A DNA stretch of 64,000 nucleotides, from positions 75,476 through 139,475 of IMG/VR virus record IMGVR_UViG_2920951204_000001; one strand, 5' to 3'. The notes below the pieces were generated by a model. That model had not been told where the DNA came from, searched no databases, and saw nothing but the letters and a program-made list of their open reading frames with translations. This document shows positions 9,601-18,116 of this stretch, one piece after another. Made by a program: the position numbers and the translations under genes. The number at the start of each line of letters is the position of its first letter. Position 1 is the first letter of the stretch. This DNA comes from a virus. Its lineage: Duplodnaviria > Caudoviricetes.

Positions 9601-11105
9601 CTGTGAACGCACACTCGTGACTTTAGTCATGAGTAAGTGAGCGAAATAGAGAATAATATAATGAGAGGAGGATATTTGTCAATGAAAGTATATTCATCGT
9701 ATAAAGTAAAAATCAAAAATTACAACAAGATATTTAATGATACAGTAAAGATATATCGTGAAGCAGTATCCTTCTTTATAAATATTTGTGATAAAGAATG
9801 GGTCATATTGAAAGACATAAAGAATCTTGAGCGTTGCAGAGAAATTGAGAGATTATCTCTATCTACTAAAAAGAATCCGAATCCAAAATACGATTTCAAT
9901 GCAATGTTTTATAAGATGCCATCTTATCTAAGGCGCTCCGCTATTAATATAGCTACAGGATGTTATTCTTCTTATTATTCTAATTTTCAGAATTGGGAAG
10001 AAAACACAACAGGTAAAAAACCAATCTTACAATTGGACAGAAGTGTTATGCCAGTATTATATAAAGATAATATGTATATTCGTACTGATGAAACTCATGC
10101 TCAAATCAAAATCTTTCACAAGAATGATTGGGTTTGGTTGAATGTGGAATTAAAAAATCAGGATGTGAAATACATTCAGAAACATTGTAAATTGAAAAAA
10201 GAATATGTTCCAACGTTAAAGAAACAAGGAAAATGTTGGTATCTTGTATTTCCATTTTCAGACGATGCGAAATTTCAAAAAGTAGATATTCAAGATCAGA
10301 TTATTTGTGCAGTTGATTTAGGATTAAATAATAATGCAACCTGTTCAATAATGCAGAGTGATGGAACTGTCGTTGGAAGAAAATTTATCAATCTTGCAAC
10401 AGAAAAAGACCATTTATACAAAGCATTAAACAGAATTAAGAAAGCACAACAAAATGGTACAAGAAAATGTCCTACTCTTTGGAAACACGTAAATGATTTA
10501 AACACAGATATTAGTCGTAAGGCGGCAAAAGGAATTATAGACTTTGCAGTTCTATACAATGCGGATGTTATTGTATTTGAGTTCTTAGATACACAAGGTA
10601 AGAAATCTGGAAAAGGTAAACAAAAACTTGCTTTGTGGCGTAAGAAAGAAATTCAAAGAATCGTGGAACATCATGCTCACATTTTAGGAATAAGAATTAG
10701 TAGGATTTGTGCTTGGAACACAAGTAGATTAGCATTTGATGGTTCTGGCAGAGTAGAAAGAGGAACTTATATTCAAAATGGTAAAGAAAAGTATAACTAC
10801 TCTATCTGTACTTTTCAAAATGGTAAACAATACCATTGTGATTTAAACGCAACTTATAATATTGGAGCAAGATATTTTATAAGAGAACTTTTAAAATCCG
10901 ACTCAGTGATGAGAAGGTTGCCTAGTCAGACAAAAGATTCTGATTATGGTACGGGAACAACACGCACTTTGTCTACGTTAATTAGACTTAATGCGGATTT
11001 ATGTGGTATAGCTGCATAATATCTGAGTTAAGAACTGTATAGTAGATAAGTAATCCGATTTCTAAAGAATTGGAAGCACGTCACTTTAGTGGTGTGAGTG
11101 CTCAC
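9597..11105 (+). mobile_element. IS200/IS605-family tnpB-only element (no tnpA)
   Basis: TTGAT immediately 5' (9592-9596); subterminal hairpins ACTCGTGAC-TTTA-GTCATGAGT (left) and CACGTCAC-TTTA-GTGGTGTG (right); ends in TCAC; no target duplication. Confidence 0.8.
9682..11019 (+). CDS. tnpB: RNA-guided endonuclease TnpB
   Basis: RuvC I 'AVDLG', RuvC II 'IVFE' and RuvC III 'CDLNATYNI' are intact; RBS GGAGG. Confidence 0.9.
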   Translation: MKVYSSYKVKIKNYNKIFNDTVKIYREAVSFFINICDKEWVILKDIKNLERCREIERLSLSTKKNPNPKYDFNAMFYKMPSYLRRSAINIATGCYSSYYSNFQNWEENTTGKKPILQLDRSVMPVLYKDNMYIRTDETHAQIKIFHKNDWVWLNVELKNQDVKYIQKHCKLKKEYVPTLKKQGKCWYLVFPFSDDAKFQKVDIQDQIICAVDLGLNNNATCSIMQSDGTVVGRKFINLATEKDHLYKALNRIKKAQQNGTRKCPTLWKHVNDLNTDISRKAAKGIIDFAVLYNADVIVFEFLDTQGKKSGKGKQKLALWRKKEIQRIVEHHAHILGIRISRICAWNTSRLAFDGSGRVERGTYIQNGKEKYNYSICTFQNGKQYHCDLNATYNIGARYFIRELLKSDSVMRRLPSQTKDSDYGTGTTRTLSTLIRLNADLCGIAA

Positions 11106-11121
11106 GTAGAGGTAATTGCCT

Positions 11122-11355
11122 ATGAAGAAATATATTTTAGGTTTTGTAACAGGTGTGTGCTTATTGCCAATTTGGGATTCTCTCACAGAACTATTGCAAG
11201 TGGCATTGGAAGTACCAAAAGGTAAGTTAAGCAAAAAAGTTATAAAAATAAACAATGAACTTCAAGATATTCAAGAACAGTCTGAGCCGGTTAATACTTG
11301 CGCTATTGGTTTTCAGATTCCTGATGAAGAATATTATGAAGATGATGATTTTTAG
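11122..11355 (+). CDS. Small hypothetical protein with N-terminal hydrophobic segment and acidic tail
   Basis: MKKYILGFVTGVCLL...IGFQIPDEEYYEDDDF. Confidence 0.65.
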   Translation: MKKYILGFVTGVCLLPIWDSLTELLQVALEVPKGKLSKKVIKINNELQDIQEQSEPVNTCAIGFQIPDEEYYEDDDF

Positions 11356-11400
11356 AGAGTTGTTCTACTCTCTTATTTTAGTTGTGAAAGGATGAAAAGG

Positions 11401-11601
11401 ATGAATTTTACATATAAAAAGACTACAACTACTGCAATGAAAATAGCAGGAATTATAAATACAGACACAATGACAATTGATGTAGATGGTGAAGAAAAGA
11501 AACTTTCTACTCTTCTTTCAGATTTTGATGGTGCTGCCATTGAAATTAATGTGAAAGTTAAAGACGAAGAAGAACTTGATGAGCCTATAGAAGAAGAATA
11601 G
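11401..11601 (+). CDS. YonK-like small protein
   Basis: Size, acidic C-terminus and position directly before a YonJ-like phosphoesterase, as in SPbeta. Confidence 0.5.
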   Translation: MNFTYKKTTTTAMKIAGIINTDTMTIDVDGEEKKLSTLLSDFDGAAIEINVKVKDEEELDEPIEEE

Positions 11602-11616
11602 AGAGTTGGTGAGTAA

Positions 11617-12849
11617 TTGTATAATTTCGAAGAAGAATTAGCAAAATATGGACTAACTCAGGAGAAATATGAACAACTATTAAAAGATTGTTCCAATAAA
11701 GTTCAACATATAACAGATGATGACTGGTCTGAAATTTGTGCAAGATATGGACTTGAATTTAATCCTGATACAATTCGTAAAGGCTCACAGCCACCACTTA
11801 TAGGTTCTGCTTTCGTATCAGAATACTACAAATGGAAAGAAAGTTTAAACCAGTCTGAAAATAAAGATGATGAATATTTTGAAAAACTGCGTTTAGAAAA
11901 ACAGGAAATTCAAAAAGAAAAACGTAAGTTGTATGATGAGCGTCTTGATATTAATCGTAGACTCCGTGAAGAAGCTAGATTGGAAACAACTATTGAAAAA
12001 ATTGATGATATGCTCAATAGTATTGCTGACAATAGATATATTACATATAATAATAATTTTTCTATTGAACAATCTGATAATGATATGATTGTTTGTTTAT
12101 CAGACCTACATTTGGGTGCAACATACTATAATTTTGACGGATATTATGATTCGAATATTGCAAAAGAACGACTTAATCAATATCTTGCAGAAATTATTGA
12201 AATTCAGAAAACACACAACGCTGAAAATTGTGTTGTGTTATTACTTGGAGATCTCATAAGTGGTAACATCCATTCCACGATTTCTGTTACAAACAAAGAA
12301 AACGTAATTGAACAGGTAAAGTTAGCTTGTGAGTATATTTCTGATTTTGTGTATGAACTTGGTAAACATTTTAACAATGTTGAACTTCGTGGAGTTTCAG
12401 GTAATCATAGTAGGATTCAAGAGAAAAAGGAAAATGCCCTTTTGGGTGAACGTTTAGATTCACTTATTGTCTGGTTTATTAAATCTATGTTAAAAAACGC
12501 AGACAACATTATAGTATATGATGAAAATATTGACGAAACGGTATCCACGTTTATTATAAGAGATAAATTATATTTTGGTGTACATGGAGATTTTGATTCT
12601 ACAAATAGTACCTCTATTGCTAAATTAGCCCTTTGGGTAAAAATGACACCATATTGTATACTTTGTGGACATAAACACTTTCCTGCTATGACAGATGTAT
12701 CTGGCATCAAAGTTGTACAGTCCGGTAGTCTTGGAGGCAGTGGAGATGAATATACAAGACAGAAACGTTTAACGGGCAAACCATCACAAACAGTATTGAT
12801 TGTTAATAATAAAGGGATTAAATGCTGTTATCCTATTGAATTAGATTGA
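11617..12849 (+). CDS. Calcineurin-like metallophosphoesterase (YonJ-like)
   Basis: SDLH, GD, GNH, HGD and GHKH motifs. Confidence 0.85.
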   Translation: MYNFEEELAKYGLTQEKYEQLLKDCSNKVQHITDDDWSEICARYGLEFNPDTIRKGSQPPLIGSAFVSEYYKWKESLNQSENKDDEYFEKLRLEKQEIQKEKRKLYDERLDINRRLREEARLETTIEKIDDMLNSIADNRYITYNNNFSIEQSDNDMIVCLSDLHLGATYYNFDGYYDSNIAKERLNQYLAEIIEIQKTHNAENCVVLLLGDLISGNIHSTISVTNKENVIEQVKLACEYISDFVYELGKHFNNVELRGVSGNHSRIQEKKENALLGERLDSLIVWFIKSMLKNADNIIVYDENIDETVSTFIIRDKLYFGVHGDFDSTNSTSIAKLALWVKMTPYCILCGHKHFPAMTDVSGIKVVQSGSLGGSGDEYTRQKRLTGKPSQTVLIVNNKGIKCCYPIELD

Positions 12850-12928
12850 AAGAAAGGTCATCAGTCATCAAGAAAAGATAATCAAAATAACGAGAGTTTG
12901 ATCACTGTTCAGGATGAAAAATTATAAA

Positions 12929-13039
12929 TTATCTATTCGGTAATTTACGCCAATACTGAGACACATGTTCCCATCTATTAAGACGAAAGCGGTCATAGGC
13001 ATTGACAAATACGATATAAGGATAAACACACTTATTCAT
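12929..13039 (-). CDS. Micro-protein, 36 aa (MNKCVYPYIVFVNAYDRFRLNRWEHVSQYWRKLPNR)
   Basis: Strong RBS GAAAGGGG on the - strand; below the ORF track cutoff. Confidence 0.55.
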   Translation of the reverse strand: MNKCVYPYIVFVNAYDRFRLNRWEHVSQYWRKLPNR

Positions 13040-13228
13040 ATCTTCATCCCCTTTCTTCAGAATTAATTCTTAGGGAAGGCTGATGACCTAGAATGTGGAG
13101 AATCCCACGAATATTATTATACCATTAAACAATATTGCAGTCCACCATTCGGCTTGGTTTGGCTAAGTAAGATACGCAGAGATATACTTAACTGCAATTA
13201 TATAAAACAGAAACAATTTTGGTTATAT

Positions 13229-13265
13229 GAGGGAGTAGACTCTTTTGAGCTACTACCCTCTTTTT
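13229..13265 (+). terminator. Intrinsic terminator
   Basis: GAGGGAGTAG...CTACTACCCTC followed by T run. Confidence 0.6.
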
Positions 13266-13329
13266 AGTTGATAAAATTATAAAATAAAAATGCTGAAAAA
13301 GGCAAAAAAAGATTAAAAGGAGATATAAA

Positions 13330-13605
13330 ATGAATAAAGATATGTTATTAAAAGAAATTGCAAATAGAATTGAAGGTGCAACAAAGTCAGATATTAATGT
13401 CGTGTTAGACACTTTTGAAGACGTTATTTTTGATACATTAAAAGCTGATTCAAGTGAAAAAGTTAAATTCGGAAAATTAGGTGCGTTCTCAGTGAAGGCA
13501 GTTCCTGCAAAAGACGGTATAAGTGCTATTAATGGTAAGCCTTGGCATACAGATGCCCATAATGAAATCAAGTTTACAATGAGTAAAACAAATAAGAATA
13601 TCTAG
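13330..13605 (+). CDS. hup: HU-like histone-like DNA-binding protein
   Basis: MNKDMLLKEIA...KLGAFSVKAVPAKDG...IKFTMSK: HU fold; SPbeta YonN equivalent. Confidence 0.85.
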   Translation: MNKDMLLKEIANRIEGATKSDINVVLDTFEDVIFDTLKADSSEKVKFGKLGAFSVKAVPAKDGISAINGKPWHTDAHNEIKFTMSKTNKNI

Positions 13606-13624
13606 TCTGAAAGGTCGTGAGATT

Positions 13625-14203
13625 TTGAAGAAAAAGAATAAATATGAAGATATTAAAATGATAGACCTTGATGACAAAGCTGACATTTCTAATATTTATA
13701 TTGAACATTTATATAATACAGACAAAACTGTTGGATTTGTCGCTAGTAAAGAACTTGCAGAATATGTTTTACAAAATGTCATTAACCTTGATGAAACAAG
13801 TGTTAAGGAAATAAATTTTATTGATCTATATGATATTAATGAATATCTTATATCTGTCAATGATGAAGGACACATTGTTGCTACTCCAATTGATGAACTT
13901 TATAACGTCTTTGATGATGTTGATATTGTTTACATTGATATGGATGGAGATATTGAACAGGATGTTATTGATTATTGTGTAAATGAAAACAAAGAAGTAA
14001 TTTTGTTTGGCGAAACAGATGATAAAGACTGTGAATGTTGTGATTATACAAATTGTAAACATACTTCTTCTACTACTAATTATTTTATAAATGATAAAGC
14101 TGTTAGTAAAGAAGAATACGAAGATGCTATGGCTGAAATAGATTTAAAATATAAGGAATTTCATGATGAAATGAATAGATGGATAGATTTGTTAAGTTGG
14201 TAA
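13625..14203 (+). CDS. Acidic hypothetical protein
   Basis: 192-aa ORF, RBS GAAAGG. Confidence 0.7.
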   Translation: MKKKNKYEDIKMIDLDDKADISNIYIEHLYNTDKTVGFVASKELAEYVLQNVINLDETSVKEINFIDLYDINEYLISVNDEGHIVATPIDELYNVFDDVDIVYIDMDGDIEQDVIDYCVNENKEVILFGETDDKDCECCDYTNCKHTSSTTNYFINDKAVSKEEYEDAMAEIDLKYKEFHDEMNRWIDLLSW

Positions 14204-14260
14204 GATGTTAAATCTTGAATTTATAGAGAGTGTGTAGTTTACTATGCACTCTTTTGTTTT

Positions 14261-14334
14261 GGGTATGTAGTTCAGTTGGTTAGAACAACCGGCTTTTAAC
14301 CGGTAGATCAGGGGTTCGAGTCCCTTTATGCCCA
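14261..14334 (+). tRNA. tRNA-Lys(TTT)
   Basis: GGGTATG/TATGCCC acceptor, ACCGG-CTTTTAA-CCGGT, GGTTCGAGTCC T arm. Confidence 0.9.
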
Positions 14335-14515
14335 TTGATTTGATGTTTCTGTGAATGGAAACAGAGAATATAAATATGTGCTCATAATTGGTGTCATAGC
14401 TGATTGTGGGATTTATGGAGAGATAGTTAGGAAGTCATGAGCCTGACGAAAGTGTAACCTCATTCGCACTTCTCTCCTATTTTTATGGAATGAGGGGAAA
14501 TGAGGAAAATAAATT

Positions 14516-15826
14516 ATGGGAAAAGGAAAATCAACAGAGGAACGTATCAAATATTTTAAAGATATGTTTCCTATTAAATTTAATGACGAAATTACTTTAT
14601 ATTTATTAGATGAAAACGTTGATGTTGTCATTGATAATCAAAATTTACGCAATTATTATTTTAATGTGATTGATAATGATGGATATAAATATAGACAAAA
14701 CATTCATCATATCCTGTCTTCAAGAAAAAATTATAAATGTCCAGCAAGATTTTTCGCCAACAATCCATATACGTATGAAAACATAAATAATTTCTTTAAA
14801 ATTAATGATATTGATTTATTTATTAATGGCATAAATCTTCCAATATCAGGATGTGCAAGAGAAAAATTTGATTTTGTAAAAAGTAATGGTGAAATAGTTA
14901 GTACCACATGGAATCAAATTCAACATCATACATTCAGATACAAAAAGGATTATGATGAAGCAAAACAAAAGAAATTTGATGATACACATATGACAAAAGA
15001 TAAGGCTATTCCTATTATATTAAAAAAATCAGAGGAATTAAAAAGACCTTTGTTACAAAGTGATTTTGAAGGTGTTGAAACAACGGATACTTCCATTGGA
15101 ATTCGTGTAATTTGGCGTATATGGGGAACTTTTACAAATATGATTAAAGATTTAGGACTTCAAGAACATGATGGATATTTCAGACCTAATGATAAAAATT
15201 ATCATTCACATGATGAAGTAATAAATTCTGTAAAAAGTGTTTGTGATAAAGTAAAGACAGAAGGACGCGCTATTGTAATGTATCCAGATTTTAAAGGATA
15301 TATTGATATTGAAATATCTACAATTAGAAGACATTGCGAATTAGATGGAACTACTCTTAACAAATTGGTAGAAAAATATGGTTGCAAGCTACAACAAGCA
15401 GGAAATGGACTTAACCATACATTTTCCGATGGCGAGCGAATTGTTTCAAAATATGAGTATGATTTTAGCAATTTTCTTAGAACACACGGATTAAACTTTA
15501 ATGTAGATTATTTTAGAAATATTCCATACAAATCTATAGATAGTTCTTACAGTGGTAAAATGAATTGCGATTATCTTATTATTTTCAATAATAAAAAAGT
15601 CTATATAGAACTTGCTGGCATACTTGGAAATAAAGGTCATCAAGAAGCTTATCGAAATAATACCCCAATAAAATCAAAATCAAAAGAATTGTATCGACAG
15701 AAATTATACCAAAAGCGTGACATTTTTGAACGAAATGGACTTGATTATTATATTTTATTAAAAGATGAAATGAATGAAGAAACATATAATAATATATTGA
15801 ATAAATATTTGAAAGAAGTGACTTAG
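14516..15826 (+). CDS. Free-standing putative endonuclease (C-terminal PD-(D/E)xK-like domain)
   Basis: 'SKYEYDF...CDYLI...YIELAG' motif; 'IWRIWGTFTNMIKDLGL' resembles homing-endonuclease-associated repeats. Confidence 0.6.
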   Translation: MGKGKSTEERIKYFKDMFPIKFNDEITLYLLDENVDVVIDNQNLRNYYFNVIDNDGYKYRQNIHHILSSRKNYKCPARFFANNPYTYENINNFFKINDIDLFINGINLPISGCAREKFDFVKSNGEIVSTTWNQIQHHTFRYKKDYDEAKQKKFDDTHMTKDKAIPIILKKSEELKRPLLQSDFEGVETTDTSIGIRVIWRIWGTFTNMIKDLGLQEHDGYFRPNDKNYHSHDEVINSVKSVCDKVKTEGRAIVMYPDFKGYIDIEISTIRRHCELDGTTLNKLVEKYGCKLQQAGNGLNHTFSDGERIVSKYEYDFSNFLRTHGLNFNVDYFRNIPYKSIDSSYSGKMNCDYLIIFNNKKVYIELAGILGNKGHQEAYRNNTPIKSKSKELYRQKLYQKRDIFERNGLDYYILLKDEMNEETYNNILNKYLKEVT

Positions 15827-15872
15827 TATTTACTACTATCTCACTTTTTTTGTTTGAAAGGAAGTGAGAAAA

Positions 15873-16913
15873 ATGTCAAGATTTACAGTCTATAATCATA
15901 TTGTAACAGATGAAAAATATGCAAAAATTAATAAGGATAATATTGATTTGATGGATGATTGGATAGAATATTTGCAATCAATTGATAGAGCACCACAGAC
16001 GCTCCACGCTTATCGGAACGACTTAAAGGTATTCTTTACATGGAATCTTGAGTTCAATGGGAACAAATTCTTTCCTGATTTAACTAAACGTGAAGTTGCA
16101 AAGTTTCAAAATCACGCATTAAATACATGGGGATGGAGTTCAAATAGAATTAGACGAGTAAAGTCAACACTCTCTTCATTATCAAATTATATAAGAGATA
16201 TTCTTGATGATGAACCTGAATTTGAAAACTACAAACCTATTATTAGAAAAATTGCAAATCCAGCCAAGGAAGTTGTAAGAGAAAAAACAATACTTTCTGA
16301 TGAACAAGTAGAACTATTGTTAAATACACTTGTTGAAAGGAAAGAATATGAAGCAGCTTGTGCAGTAGCCGTACTTGCCTTTTCTGGAATGAGACATGCA
16401 GAGTTATTACAAATGAAAGTTGAATATTTCAATGACGATCATTTTGTCTATGATTCTATGTGGAAAACAGATAAGGTAAGAGCAAAAGGTTTCGGGAAAA
16501 ATGGTAAGCAAATTAACAAATTTATATTATATAGTGCAAAACCATATTTGGATTTATGGTTAAAAGAACGTGAAAGACTAGGAATTGAAAGTGAATGGTT
16601 GTTTGTGACAGTTTCTGTTGATAAAGAAACAAAACAAAGAACATATCATCAGCGAAGAGATGTAAGCTCATGGATTCAAATGATGGAAGATATTTTAGGT
16701 GTTGACGCATATTGTCATATGTTTAGACATTATACATGTACACGCTTACATAGATTAAATTTGCCAGCTCACGTAATTCAAGAATTTTTCGCATGGTCTA
16801 GTGCAGAAATGCTCAGTATCTACAACGACCTGACTGCCGAAGATGAATTTGGAAAATATTTCGATAGAGATGGTGTAAAAGAAGTTAAACAGGGTTCTTT
16901 AACAGACGCATAA
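15873..16913 (+). CDS. Tyrosine recombinase/integrase
   Basis: N-terminal SAM-like domain; catalytic R (SGMRHAEL), K, HxxR (HMFRH), W and Y. Confidence 0.9.
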   Translation: MSRFTVYNHIVTDEKYAKINKDNIDLMDDWIEYLQSIDRAPQTLHAYRNDLKVFFTWNLEFNGNKFFPDLTKREVAKFQNHALNTWGWSSNRIRRVKSTLSSLSNYIRDILDDEPEFENYKPIIRKIANPAKEVVREKTILSDEQVELLLNTLVERKEYEAACAVAVLAFSGMRHAELLQMKVEYFNDDHFVYDSMWKTDKVRAKGFGKNGKQINKFILYSAKPYLDLWLKERERLGIESEWLFVTVSVDKETKQRTYHQRRDVSSWIQMMEDILGVDAYCHMFRHYTCTRLHRLNLPAHVIQEFFAWSSAEMLSIYNDLTAEDEFGKYFDRDGVKEVKQGSLTDA

Positions 16914-17237
16914 TTAATATCATTCTTGAAGACACCTCAAGCCCGATGAAGCTTTCGTCTAACATCATTCTTCTACTATCAAACAGAGAATATATAAGTA
17001 ACACATCTTGACATTTGCTATTCATGTAGCATTGTAAGTCCAATCTTCTATTCTATCGACATCTAGATTCTTTGGTTATTCTCATCCTTCAAAATGAGAA
17101 GATGTCCGTGATTGTCTACGTTAATGAGAAACGATAATGAACAAAAATCTTTGGATTTTTACTTGGTGAGGTGCTTGCACCTAGCCTTGATTTTTATGTG
17201 GCTGGTGTCCGGTCTGGCAATCTGGAAAGACAGATAT

Positions 17238-17311
17238 GACTCTATAGAAGAATTGGTTAATTCGTCTGACTGTCTATCAGAAGATTATGGGTTCGAGTCT
17301 CGTTAGAGTCA
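17238..17311 (+). tRNA. tRNA-Asp(GTC)
   Basis: GACTCTA/TAGAGTC acceptor, TCTGA-CTGTCTA-TCAGA, GGTTCGAGT T loop. Confidence 0.85.
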
Positions 17312-17406
17312 CTACTATGCGAGAAGTCCTGAAGATGAAAGTCTATTAGTGGGATGCATACAACTTTTAGATGTGAGTAGCTCATCACTACTCTCTCGCT
17401 TTATTA

Positions 17407-17446
17407 AAAATAAGACTGTCAAGCACATCACTTTGACAGTCTTATT
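17407..17446. terminator. Bidirectional intrinsic terminator
   Basis: AATAAGACTGTCAA...TTGACAGTCTTATT, 14-bp stem. Confidence 0.75.
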
Positions 17447-17730
17447 CCCAATTTGTTTTTCTAAGACCTTGGTGCAATTTACATGACGACAAACGCCGTA
17501 CCATCATAGCGTTTATTATCCTTTTATTCCTGATGGTGTCGTGTACACATTTTATGCCTTCACTGCAAATGGATTGATGTGAAATCCTATCTTACCCAAG
17601 GCAGTCTCACTTTAGCAGTTGGGATCTGCAATACTATTATTGCCATCGCATTGACTTTTACTCAGAACGGGCATATTCAAAACGGCTTTTAACATAATCA
17701 CCATTCCTTTCTGCCAATTATGGCAGATAT

Positions 17731-17759
17731 ATTATAGTCTGTTTGATTAGCGAAGTCAA
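17731..17759 (-). promoter_or_regulatory. Sigma-A promoter TTGACT-17-TATAAT driving a ~320-nt antisense-oriented transcript
   Basis: Near-consensus boxes with 17-bp spacing on the - strand; RBS GAAAGGA and a 27-aa ORF (17695-17612) follow. Confidence 0.7.
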
Positions 17760-17771
17760 TGTGATGATTTT

Positions 17772-17844
17772 ACACCTTTAGCTTAATTGGTAGAGCAACG
17801 ATCTCCAAAATCGTCAGGTCTATGTTCAAATCGTAGAAGGTGTG
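17772..17844 (+). tRNA. tRNA-Trp(CCA)
   Basis: ACACCTT/AAGGTGT acceptor, ACGAT-CTCCAAA-ATCGT, CTATG-TTCAAAT-CGTAG. Confidence 0.9.
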
Positions 17845-18116
17845 CTAAGTGAAGTGAATTGCACTTTCATTGGAAATTTAATATTGGAAATTATGAGAAG
17901 TCATTTCGTATAAAGTGGCTTCTTTTTATGTTGTGATGGAATAAAAAAGAGAATAAATATATAGCCAACTATGAGAGGATTGTTACTGTTTCGGTTGCAG
18001 GTAGTTGGATTATGGAGTGAGAAGCCTTTGACTGATCATCTTAGGTACAGTAGATACTCGCACTACTCTCTCACTCTGTTTTAATTGGTTTTTGCGAGTG
18101 GAAAGCGAGAAATGAT

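Noticed and set aside
12889-12918. Possible 16S rRNA gene
   Set aside because: Similarity is limited to ~30 nt; reported only as a fragment or mimic
14440-14455. CTGACGA/GAAA and CTGAAGATGAAA (near 17328) as hammerhead ribozyme cores
   Set aside because: Could not build stems I-III with a cleavage triplet around either core
17112-17306. 64-aa ORF in the track
   Set aside because: Overlaps tRNA-Asp and structured RNA
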